NCBI GenBank assembly: GCA_963693365.1
Contig: CAVNZM010000005.1
Location: 6,393,167-6,457,166 of the forward strand
DNA length: 64,000 nt
Direction of reading: 5' to 3'
Source: Amoebidium appalachense
Lineage: Eukaryota; Protista; Ichthyosporea
The first letter of the stretch is position 1, and each line of letters begins with the position of its first letter. This document shows positions 1 through 17,016 of the stretch, in pieces. A model generated the notes under the pieces. It was not told where the DNA came from. It did not search any database and saw only the letters and a list, made by a program, of their open reading frames with translations. The position numbers and the translations under genes were made by a program.

Positions 1-50
1 TTTCCTCAAATCCCCCCCCCCCCTCCCCGCCTCCCCCCTCCCCCACACAG

Positions 51-5296
<5,246 letters not shown>

Positions 5297-5976
5297 TTCA
5301 GTTTGGTGCGTGGGAGGGATTTGTGTGTCGTACGGCGCGTTTTGTTGTCGGCGCGGGCGTGGGTGTGGGTGCGGGTGCTGGTGCTGGTTTGGGTGCGGGT
5401 TGCGGGGTGGAGTACTTGTATGGTTTAGGGAAGGCCGGCAGGCTAATTTGTTCTTGATTTGATTGGTCGGCTGGGTTGGTGCGAGCGTGAGGCACGGGTT
5501 GGTGAATAGGATATTGCCTTTTTATTCTGTTTTTGTTTTTACTGTTTCCCTTTTTATTTTTTATTTATTTATTTTTACTATTATTATGACTTTTATTTCA
5601 GTTATTTTTTGGTCCTCGACCATCTGGTATGTGTTGGATGATCTGGTTGGAATGATTGGTCGTGGTGTGTCCCCAGAGAGGAGGTTTAGAACCCACTAAA
5701 TTCAAAGGGAGTAGGTGGGAGGGAAGTGGGGCTTTTGCCGTTACCTGAAATTTTGATGACATAACGATCTCCTTTTTGTGTATTCATGGGGGGGTTTGAT
5801 ACAGTAATGTCTGTTTCCTTTTGTTTCTCTTCAGTTCATCCATCTTTTCTTCAGCTTGTTTGCCTTCATACGTGCCATTGTGATATGTTTTGTGAAATTT
5901 CGTGAGATATCATGTGGGTGGATAACAGGTTATGGAATGGTGAAACATTATGTAGCTTGTTGAAAATGCATATACT

Positions 5977-6198
5977 TGCATGTCCTCTTGGATAAACCTT
6001 TAACAAATTTACCAGATAGATATAAAACTTTTTTGGGTATCTAGGAACTCTTCATGCCAGACACTAGTTATTGCATGACTGAACTCCAATGGTGTGCAGT
6101 CTCTTATAACCGTGCCGCTTGATTGGTGTCTGTAAAAGGAGTTGTACATATAAGGGCCACGTAATAAAATGGCTTTTTGCTGAAGTTCTGGGGGCTGC

Positions 6199-6232
<34 letters not shown>

Positions 6233-6978
6233 AACCACCACCACAACCACCACCGCAACACACACACGTCACAAATTGTGGATGACATATGCATGGGCCG
6301 CGGAGCCGGGCTGCCCGGCCCCGAACCGGGCGGACTCTACTAAGATGCACTGCCTTTCAAATTGTGTGTGCTCTGCAATTTTCACCTTGTTTTTGCCGTG
6401 GATGTGCACTTTGTACTATACTCTGCAACGTGTTCACAATGGCAACACCCCCCCCCCCCCCCCCCCCCCCTGCTTGCATGTTCTCTTGGATATACCTTTA
6501 ATAAATTTACCAGATAGATATAAACTTTTTTTTGAGTATCTAGGAACTCTTCATGCCAGACACTAGTTATTGCATGACTGAACTCCGACGGTGTGCAGGC
6601 TTTTATAACCGTGCCGCTTGATTGGTGTCTGTAAAAGGAGTTGTACATATAAGGGCCACGTAATAAAATGGCTTTTTGCCGAAGTTCTGCTGCAGGGCGC
6701 TGCTCCCCCCCCCCTCCCCCCCCCCCCCCCCCCCCCCCCCTCCCCCTCCCTCCAACCACCACCACCACCACCACCACCACCACCACCACCACCGCAACAC
6801 ACACACATGTCACAAATTGTGAATGACATAGCATGGGCCCCCGCGGAGCCTGGCCCCGGACCGGGCGGACTCTACTAAGATGCACTGACTTTGTGTGTGC
6901 TCTGCAAACTCTTCACCTTGTTTTTGCCAGGTTGTGCACTTTGTACTCTGCAACGTGTTCACCATCATGATGGTCGGC

Positions 6979-6980
<2 letters not shown>
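5977..6980 (+). repeat. Two-copy ~500-bp tandem repeat, each unit ending in poly-C; the 3' part is related to the poly-C-ended retroposon family
   Basis: ttgcatgtYctcttggata...aaatttaccagatagatataaa...ctaggaactcttcatgccagacactag occurs at ~5977 and ~6474. Both units contain catgggcc-[GC hairpin]-ggactctactaagatgcac, similar to tgggcc...ctctacttatgatgca at 18481-18517. Confidence 0.85.
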
Positions 6981-7013
<33 letters not shown>

Positions 7014-7949
7014 AAGAAAAAAAAAACAAAAAAAAAAAACACGCACACACACACATACACACACGCACACGAGACACACGCTCTCACCCACACGTAGGAC
7101 CCTACTGGTACATTTGCCACACTGGGCCACCATCACATATATGCGAATGCATCCGTGTTTGCATGTTCGAATGTTCGTGTTTTAATCCTGCCTATGGTGT
7201 GGCTCAAAGAACTTTAAGGCTAATAAAAACTGAGGCCTGTGCACATTTACACTGCAGCAAATGAAAGCAACGAAGTTCATAAAATTTGTTACGCAACACT
7301 CTTCAGCTGAGAGGGGGGGAAAAAAAATTAGTGAAAAATGTCTGTCTAGTACCTATCATATGCAAAAAAAAAAAAAAAAGAAAGAAAGAAAAAAAGAAAT
7401 GCGGGGAAGAGGGCGGGGGATTCCTTCGGGACTTCGAAAGAACCATCACTCACCTCTTTTTTATCTTCGAAGCCCTCGTCCCCTCCGAGTTCCTACTTTT
7501 TTTTTTTTCACAACCTTAAGAAAACAAAGGTCACTCGAGTTCCTATCCTTTTTCCAATTTCTTTTGTTAAAGAGTTCTCCCTGGCAGCTGGCACCAGAGC
7601 CTACCTCGAGTTTTACTTTCCTGGCTGGCACTAAAATGCAGTAACTAGCCTCCCTCCCTCTCCCCCCCCCCCCCTCTCTCCACGTGACACCCCATCCATA
7701 CATATAAATACCCATTTGCTATACCGTATGTCTGGAACTACGTAGTGACACAAGCAGACAAACACCTATCAATACCACAGGTTCAAGAGTAGTCTACAGC
7801 CCGCGAAGTCATCAGCCTGATCATGAACTGTTGATCCTGTACTTGTGGGTTAGATGCTACAGTCTGTGGGGTCGTAATCCTTCGAATCTCTGAGTAAAAC
7901 AGATAGATCCTAAGTCTTGCCTCGTTAACTACAACGTAGTAACTGTTAA

Positions 7950-8517
7950 CCTCTTGAGGACCGTAGATTTCACGAGATCGAGATCGAGGTCACCAGCACT
8001 GGGGAGACGTCCAAGTTTGTGCTCTATTGTGAACATGAAGTTGATAGGAACTAACCAAAGAAAAGTTGCACGAGTTTAGAAAATACACTCAAGGCTTATC
8101 CTTCGTCTTATGTAAAAAAAAATGAACTTTACTCTAAGGGTGCTTGCCGGCTTGACCGTTCAATGACGACATCGAAATGCTGTCAATGCAATCTTCTGAT
8201 TGGACCATTGTGAAAATGGCTCCAAATGGCAAAACATGATTCAATTTGGCCGGTTCAGTCGACATCCAATGGCAACTCTAAGATTTTGTCTCAATCTCGA
8301 AAGTCACTTCAATAGCAGATATAAGACATCAGAAGTATACGAAATAATGATATTTGAGTCCCCCAAACCATCTTAGTAGCGTATGTACTAGGTAAGACAT
8401 ACACCTGCCGACTTTTACAATTTATTTGGCCCCAGGGGTTTTTGTAGTGATTTTGAGCCGCAATAGAGTTGTTCCAACCGGGACCCGGTAAAATCAATTA
8501 GACCGGTCCTCAAGAGG
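7950..8517. mobile_element. piggyBac-like non-autonomous element (MITE), 568 bp
   Basis: Perfect 14-bp terminal inverted repeats CCTCTTGAGGACCG (7950-7963) and CGGTCCTCAAGAGG (8504-8517), flanked by TTAA at 7946-7949 and 8518-8521. No coding capacity. Confidence 0.9.
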
Positions 8518-9078
8518 TTAAATTTGATATTCGTGATGTGTTTAGCCAACTACCACCAAGTGATTGCACCATAAACAATAATTGTCATGTTACATGTTTG
8601 AATCCAGCAACAAATGTCCCCTGGCCAAAAACTGCACATGTTACCCTTTCACAGTGTTACAGGGCGAATGATGCAACTCGTGTTCCAAACCATCAGCATT
8701 ATTGCAGCCACGGAAAGGCACACATGTACATCTAAAGTTTTCCCTGCGGTAACCATGATATGACAGAATAATTTACTGTTTTATTTACTGTTTTGATCGA
8801 CTCTTTTCGCTTTTCTTGTATTCTTCCCCCCAGGCCTTCCACGCACACAAAAAACCTGCTCCGTCTCCTCCCTACAACCCACTCCCCTCCCCTCCGAGTC
8901 CTCTCCACCTTTGCAAACATGCACAGTGTACATGGTCTTTCTTTCACAGCGTGCAGTTGCAACTGCTGACCAAGGCCTCCTAAATGTTTCCTAATACAGT
9001 AAACCGCTCGAATTTGGGCACGGCCCTCTGAAAGACGTGATTTGGGACACTTTTCGCGTCATCGCTGATCGAGCGCTT

Positions 9079-9160
9079 ATTGGTAGCTATTTTTTAGCTT
9101 TTTTCTGGAACATTCGAGCATGCCCGGCAAGCCCTGGCACATGGCTACCCGAGTATATAA
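9079..9160 (+). promoter_or_regulatory. CCAAT (reverse), heat-shock-element consensus and TATA box inside the pogo end
   Basis: attgg at 9079, tTTCtgGAAcaTTCg at 9102-9116 and TATATAA at 9154-9160. Motif match only. Confidence 0.3.
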
Positions 9161-9524
9161 GCGCTGAGGTTCATATTAACACGTTTCCGATGTAGACACG
9201 TGAATGTAGCCTAGGGTATCATCATGCAAATTTCATTCTGAATTCAAATGTTTAATGCATTCTAATTTGGGACACGTGTTGCATAGACGTATATGCAGAC
9301 GAACAAGCTGACGCACACGCACCAGGGTGTGGTCTCGCTGTTCCTTTCACCGTTGCCCACCCCTGGGCCTTCTCTAGCTTTCAAACCAGTGTACACTCAA
9401 CGAGGCTTCAAGGGTGCCTGTTTTCAAAATAAACTGAACACACCATACAACCTACAGAGTGTGACCAAAGACATCGTTCTGTACTACAAGTGCAACCTAC
9501 ACACGCATGCTCGTTCCTGTACTG

Positions 9525-11867
9525 TTAGCATACCTCTACATCTGTCCGGCGGAGGTAATACTCTGGATACTGATAAAACGGGTACTGTTGGTATTGCATC
9601 CCAGGTTGGTATGGGTTGAAGGGGACATGTAGGTAGGGGAAGTAGTAGCCAGGCCAGTATGGTTGCCCGTGCTCGTCACTCTTGGTGGTTCGTTTTCTTT
9701 GTCGCTTTCATTTAATTTCCATCCACTCATCACCGTGCACCTTCCTCCGTTCGTTTTCGCTCTCACTCGCACTCTCCCTTTCTCCGTCTTCGTTGCTTTC
9801 TGCTTGTGGTGCATCAGTGTCTGACCCCCAGAATGCTCTCTTCGCCTTCCTCTTTTTCAAATTTCTTCTTGGGCTTCCCAGGCTGGTTGTGTCGGTATGG
9901 ATCTCCCTTTTCGTCCTCCCTCCTGTGCCTTCCTTTCCTTCTCTTCCTGTGCCCTCAGCTCTTTTTCTTCTTTCTTTTCCTCCCTCTCTTTTTTCCTTGG
10001 CAATTTTCACGGCTGCCTCCTCTGCTTTTCTCTTTTCTCTCTCTCTTGCTTTCTCCTCTTGCGCTCTCTTCTTCTCCTCCTGTTCTTGTAGTCTCTCCGC
10101 CTTCCTTCGTTCCCTCTCCTCTGCGCGCTGTTTCTTTCCAGAAGTTCCTTCTGCTGCTTGCTGAGTTTCTCAGACTCTCTCCTCAAGTTCCTTGCCAAGA
10201 AAGGTTTCGCGTGTCCACAGAATCGCACGCTGCTGTCCATTTCCGTCTGTTTCGTAGCCTGGACCTGGGCAACATGTCATCTCCGCTCTCCGCCTCCTGT
10301 GTATTTTCGTTTTCGTTTTCGGGGGGGGGGGGGGGGGGGGGGGAGGGGGGGGGGGGGGGGTTCATTTTCGATTTGGGGGGGGGGGGTTTCGTTTCCGTTT
10401 TCGTATTCATTTTCGGAACCGGTTCAGGCACCTCCCTGCTTTCCTCTGCGTTCAACGTCCCCCTCTTGAGATTCCTCATCTTCAGTCCACCCGAGCTCTT
10501 TCGAAGTGATTTCGGGCCGCCGCGGGGGGAGGTTTGCAGTAGCCGCACGATGCTTGAGGGGCAGTGATGCTTGAACTCTCTCCTCATCCACAACCACCTC
10601 TCCGTTCTCCTGTCTGAAGCCAGTTTTGGCGAACGCACTCACTATCGTTTGTTTGGTGAATTTACCGTTGAACGCACGGGAGTACAACGCGATGAAATGT
10701 GCATAAGTGAACTTCTTGAGGGTTGGGTTTGCCGCGACAAACTTGCAGTAGAGGTTCCTGTATTTCTTCTTCACACTCGGAACGTTGCAGTTGTCCATTG
10801 CAAGTTGGGTGGTTGGTGTTGTGCTTCCCGGTGGTCCGACCACGTAAACTTGGTTGTTTTTGAGGTGCCTGAGGGCGAAAGATGACGCGCGCGAGTGATG
10901 TCTGTCGACCAGTACCATCATGTGGGGGCCTGGGTCAGGTTGGTCCTTCAGAATTTTGACCAGAGCAATAGCAATTTGGTCGAAAATCTTGGTGTTGTTG
11001 AGGCCGTTTGGAACTGCGGTAAAGTACACGTTATCGATGGTACAGGCTTCGATGGTCGCTTTCTTGACTCGCGCGCCTTTGAGCCTCTGAGAATCACGAT
11101 GACACCGAGAAGTTCACCTGCAACATTGCCAATATATTGGGATGATGGTGACGTTTTCTTTGCCGTTTCCGATGATGCGACGTCGGACTGCCCTGCTGCC
11201 CTTTTTAGCACCGGCTAGTCTGGGAACGTTTTCACTGTGAAATCTCTGTGGGGGTGACTGGTTCGTCCAGGTTGAGGACTTGGCGGGGAAGGAATCGACC
11301 GCCAAAAATGGTTACCATCACTTAAAGTTTGCGGACGATGTCAAAGTAGTGACGAATGATGCTTGGTGTTGTTGCTGCATCGTGCCGGTCATCAGCTGGC
11401 AAAGGTGAACAAAAGGCACCCTCAAAATGAAGTCTGTGTGTCGTTTTTTGAAAGCATTCCAGAACCCATCACTGGCAGATGGTCTGTCGTTCTTAAAGGG
11501 TACCCCGTGTTAAATTTTGCAGTTTCTTCTAGTTTCTGTTTCATTTCACGAACAGATGTGGAGAGATTCGCATCCTGCCTCTCAAAGATCCACTCTATCA
11601 CACCTCTCTCTTGTTCATAAGTGAGTCCTGAGGGCCTTCCGGCCCCGTGTGTCCTACTAACTTTGCCCTTAAGGTGATTCTCAATGGTGGTGCGTGCTAC
11701 CCCAAAAACTTCAACTCTTCCCTGTAAGAATAAATATTATGCTTCACGTGCTCTGCAGCTAAATTACATCTCTCTTCATGCATATGTGCCTTATTTTTGT
11801 GTTCTAGAAACGCTGCCTCTATCTCCTCTGCTGTGGGCTTGCGCCTTTTCTGCCCTTGTGCACTCAT
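9525..11867 (-). pseudogene. pogo/CENP-B-like transposase pseudogene (HTH_psq, HTH Tc5, DDE_1, charged tail)
   Basis: Manual minus-strand translation gives MSAQGQKRRK...SYRE/VFGVARTTIENHLKG...GRPSGLTYEQE...SDGFWNAFKKRH...QVLNLDE...MVLVDRHHSR...PPGSTTPTTQLAMD...IVSAFAKTG, with several frameshifts and stops. Confidence 0.85.
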
Positions 11868-13000
11868 GTTGGGAACCCCATTCTGTGTGTTAACGTTGTG
11901 ATAAATGGGGAGTAAAAGTACAAAGCATATGTTTAAAATGTGAGGCGACGTGAAAGGAAATCCTTAGAGTGAGGATGAGGAGTTCCTATGTTTTCGAAAG
12001 AGGATGTGCTTTGCTCTGCTGTGGTGGTTGGTAGAAAACGGCCCTTTATTTTCAAACTTGGCTGCCGGGTTGGGCAGCCAACCAGACACGCTGGCATGCA
12101 AAAAGGGCGGGAAAAACGTCCGGGTGATGCGCCGAGGGCCAATCAAAAGTGTCCCAAATTTATGACTTGATTCAAATAGTCCCACGCCAAATTCGAGCGG
12201 TTTTCTGTACGGCATTCTGATTGGCTACAGGAGATCGGAGGTGCATTGGTCTTCTCCACATGTTCCAACATTTCGGCGAAAGCCAACCGTGACAGTTGCG
12301 CAAAACAGCTTCAGAACCAGGAAAAACCGGTTTTTCGCTCCTGACAGCCAATGAGAATGTGTGTGAGATCTTGTCAAAAGCAAATCCGATTGGTGGAACC
12401 AACGGCTCGAAGTGAGATGCCTAACGAAGTAAATGATGACACAAATGTGACCAGAGCAAAAATAGTGGGGAAAAAACTATTAGCTGCTACTTTCAACAGC
12501 TTGTAGCAGATTTCGTGTTTATTTATGGAGAATCGCTAAAGACAAGTCACAGCTGGCTTTATGTGGCGGCTGCATCTCATTGGATCTTTGTCCACCGGCA
12601 AGTCAGCTGCTGCGTCATGCGTTTCTCCGGGCTAGGGGGTTCTAAAGAAAATTTGGGAGGATTTTGAAAAAAAGAAACAAAAACGCTAAGAAAAAAGATA
12701 ACAACGGATATTTCACAATCATTTTGTTGTTCTAAAAATTTATAAAAAAACATAAAAAGTATAAAAATATAAAAAATTATCATAGTGACAATGCTAAATG
12801 CCTATTTCCTTTCTCCATACTTTGGTCTGCTCTGAGCCATCAATATATTGTTGCACTATCACTAATCTGGGGAGATGCGTAACGCTCAAAAACTTGCACA
12901 AACCGCTTTATCATCCGTTCAGACCGTTCCACGCTTCGAAGGTGAGGGTTGCTCGAAAACTACGTTTTTCTCCTCAAAAGTGGAGTTGATTTGGAAAGGG

Positions 13001-14914
13001 ATGCAAGGGACAGACGAGCCTACAGTGTCAAGAGGCACCAGCGACCCTTTCTTGGACCTTGCGCTGAGGTGCGTGTTTATGTGAATGTGGGTGGTTGTTC
13101 ACTGGCTTGGTTTTTATTTGCTGTGCGTGCACTTGTTTGGTGTCTCCTTGCTGTATGCAGGTAGCTAGGGTACTGTGCAAGGTAACATAGGAGGGAAACC
13201 TGGATGATTCTGTTTTGGCCCTCTGCTTTCTAGACTCGCTATGTACAGAATGTTGACTTCTATTTTCTCTCTCAGGTGCCGTGTGCTGTATTCCGGGGTG
13301 GTGATCAGGCAGGCCAACTTCGGCTGAATCGTCGTCTGCTAGGAGGGTTTCTTCGCCATTTTTCCTGTCACTTAATTCAAGCAGCGACCTCACGAAGGTG
13401 CCTGTTTTAACGTAGTAAACCAACCACTTAGTTTGTCTCCGATTCCATCGTGGTCGGGCCAATGGAAAAAGGTGACTATACGACCGTGGACACTCAGTCC
13501 TTCCTGGCTAATGATGAACGCAAGCCGTTAAAGCAGAAGACACGCAGCTCGAGTGGCTCAGACGTTGCGTCTTCAAGGTCTCCCCCTCGTCCCCAGAACC
13601 AAGATTTTTCTTCTCTCTTCCTCGCCGCCACCGATACTAAAAAGAATCGCTCAACCCGTCCTCCCCGTCGTGGTTCGCTTGAGAAAGACGTTACGGACGC
13701 GTTCCTGTCGGCTACATCGTCACGGGTGAAGAAAAACGATGTGGCACCAGATACCTCTGAAACGCCAACTACACCATACGCTCCTGCCTTCTCTTTTGAA
13801 AGTGTGCTGAGCTTTTTCCACGTTTCCCTTCTGCGTGCCTCCTCGTCCTCATCTACCGAGGAGGAGAGTGCAAAGAGCGAACGCCAGTGCACCTCCGTTT
13901 TCCTTTCCACAATCGATCGGGGTAACGGGAGAAAGTGTTTGGAGCGTGAGCACGACAACACGTCCAGCTTCCTCTCCAGTGTCGATCGTGCATATTCTCG
14001 CCACAGGGACCAACCCGAGCGCACGTGCATTAAGATCTGAGTTCAGAGCGTGATCTAGCGATTTTGAATATCGACTGTATATTCCTTGAATGGCCATGCT
14101 CCGTATTGTTAGAGTTTAACACGAAGCTTCCTATTGTTGATTCCGCATTCTTTTTTGTACTGATACTTTTGTCTTGACTCTGTTGTATTTAGGTATATAT
14201 ATTACGCGCCCGGCCGGAAAATGTCAGACATGACTGAGTGGCAGGTTTCCACGGTCACGGCTGGGGAGAGCAGCAAGCAAGGTGAAGGTGCAGGTGTACG
14301 TCCGCCGTATGAGATGTTTGAAGAGTAGGTGACCTCTGTTGCATATATGGGTGGGTGGGACTGTTGTCCCCCTGGTGATTAAAGACCCCGTCTGTTGATA
14401 TCTGGTGTGGTGTATCTGCCTGGTGCTTGCATGCGTGACGGTCTCAATTTACTGCGCATTCACAATCCTTTCCCCATCCCGTAGTCCTTCTCCTTACCCC
14501 TTTTCGCCACTTTTCCAGTACTGGTCCACGTCTGTCTCAGAAATTTTTCTTACAAATACGAATGCTACGTGCAACCTTTTTGGATCCAAACCCTGCACAG
14601 CACTCACCAATTTAGAGTTCTTGTGACCCTGAGGTGTTGGTGCAGCGCTCACTCCGTAGTTTTCGTAGATTTGTGCCCGTGGACTTAAAACGACAAAACT
14701 TTGCTTTTTACATGATCACTACCGAGTTGTGTCATTTTGGAGGTCTAGGTGATTACCTTGCAGTTGTCGGAGTGCTCACTTCTGTTCACTCCTTACAATT
14801 ACAATTTGTGGCCCCATTTGCCAGGAGACACCAAAGGCAAGAATTTTGTTCCGCTTTTCTCTTCTCTAACACTGCTCGGTTCCCACTTCTTGCTGCCTTG
14901 GGATGCTGCCCCCC

Positions 14915-14945
<31 letters not shown>

Positions 14946-16338
14946 AAAAAAAAAAAAAAAAGCTACAACAACCACCTCTAGCTCCTCGTGTTATGAACAT
15001 GTGCATATCCGCACAGCCCCTCACCTACTTCTGTACCCACATCAAAAACCTCAATTTTTTATCCCCCCTCCCCCCCTCTCCACTCACCGCCACGACCACT
15101 ACCACCACATCATCCCCTCTCTCACACACAAATGTCCTCCTTCCGCCAACACACCATAGTCATTAACCACAGACAACCCCCCTCCCCCCCCTGGCTCTCC
15201 TCAGACACACACGCACACACATACACGCGTGCGCGCAAACACACACACACACACACACATACCTATGTATGCACACACACGCACACATCCACCCTTGCAC
15301 CATTCAGACATACACACACACGCGCGCACACGCACACACACACACACACACACTGACACACACACAAACACACGTACACATACACACACACACACATGTA
15401 CAGCTACCAGGTGCTAGTACGTGTGCTCACGGGGCTCCAAGCGCAGCAGCTGCAGGCGCAACAGGACATCGATACGCTGCAGGAGATGAGAAACAGAGCA
15501 CTGGCTGAACCAAAGTCGTTCGTTGCCTCCCTCGTCACCAATGTGCGTGCATTCCTCGCTATCTGTCTGTGCCTTCTGTGCATACCTATAATTACTTTTC
15601 ACTCTTTGGCCCTGCTACCTATAGGTTGATTTTACGTCTATGCAATATCCTTCCCATATCTGTTCGATCTCAAACTCCGTTTTTTCACTCATGTTGAATC
15701 TGTCTTATCTGTTCAAGCTGAAATTCTATTTTTTTTACACCCCCCTTTCCTGCTTTCTGTTCTTCTTCGCTCTGATGTTTGCCCTGATGTTCATATCACT
15801 GTCATTCTCAGACTCCCACCCCCACCACCATCTCTCTCGCTTTTCTATCTCTCTACCCCCCCCCCCCCCCCCCCCCCCTTTCCCTCTGTTTGTTGTCCGT
15901 CATGAATTTGGACTTCGTACTCCGTAATGGTTTTTGGACACCCCCCCCCCCCCCCCCCCCCCTCCCCCCCCCCCCCCCCGCCCCTCACCACCACCACCGC
16001 CACCCCCCCCTTCTCTCTTCCCCCCTTCCTCTCTTTTATTTTCTTGGTGTCTTGTGTTTGCGTGTCATGAACACGTTGATTCAAGCTTTGAGTTATCTCT
16101 TGTTACTGTGTAACAGTGTAATGTGTTCGCCTGCGCACTTTGTCTTGGGAATGCATAACACACATTGTTCGAATTTGTTGCGTGCAGTGTCTTTCCTCGC
16201 CTTCCTTCGGTTTCCCTTTTGCCGTTTTCTATATTAATTATTATTTTATATTTTTTCCGGCAGCCTCCTGTGTTTCCCGAGCGCCAAAAGGTTATCGACA
16301 TCCCGGATGTGGATTTCTCAAAATATCAGAGTAACCCC

Positions 16339-16369
<31 letters not shown>

Positions 16370-16523
16370 AAAAAAAAAAAAAAAACAAAAAAAACAACAA
16401 AAACACACAAGTACACACACACAGCTCCCTCCCTTTCTCCCTCCTAGAAGATACAACAACAAGAAGAACAACACTACTAGAAGAAATTCTGCCAAGTAAT
16501 GGCAGTGGGCCTTCTAAAAAATT

Positions 16524-16559
<36 letters not shown>

Positions 16560-16789
16560 ACGCCTCTTTAACCCATGTCCCTTTTCTTTACAGCCCCCTT
16601 TTCTTGGTTGGCCAAATTTGTCTCCCATGTCTGTTTTTGGCGGCTAACTCTTGGCCCACAGATGCACGAGGCACGCCATATCCGGACCCAGTAGCTCTTC
16701 TCAGCACACAATCTCAGAGGTTACCCCCTCCTCCCCCTCCCCCTCCCCCTCCCCCCCACGCCCACCGCACACACACACACCCCCACACA

Positions 16790-16835
<46 letters not shown>

Positions 16836-16981
16836 ATTTCCACCAACAATCTCCCCCCCCCCCCCCCCCCCCTCCCCTGCCCCCCGGCCCCTCTTTCTTC
16901 CCTCCCTCCTGGCGTGTGCTTTGCACTCTGCAGTGTAAATTGTGCGTCATGAGTTTACCCCGTGCTCTGTTCACATATTCC

Positions 16982-17016
<35 letters not shown>

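Larger units (their letters stand above)
8997..12207 (-). mobile_element. pogo-family (Tc1/mariner/pogo) DNA transposon, full length, decayed
   Basis: 21-bp TIRs CAGTAAACCGCTCGAATTTGG and (reverse complement) CAGAAAACCGCTCGAATTTGG with one mismatch. TA duplication at 8995-8996 and 12208-12209. Subterminal motif ATTTGGGACAC at ~9040 and ~9265, inverted at ~12150. Confidence 0.93.

Noticed and set aside
9293-10567. Plus-strand ORFs inside the pogo element, including hydrophobic F/L/S-rich ones
   Set aside because: They are mostly antisense to the K/E/R-rich transposase tail, and there is no evidence of a cargo gene.
11715-11735. Possible intron acceptor (ttcttacag) in the pogo transposase
   Set aside because: The upstream sequence translates continuously into the HTH (…NIYSYRE/VFGVARTT), so a frameshift is the simpler explanation.
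13028-14030. Minus-strand ORFs 13028-13462 and 13494-14030
   Set aside because: No recognisable motifs. The + strand has the splice signals and the internally repeated protein motif, so these are likely antisense shadows.
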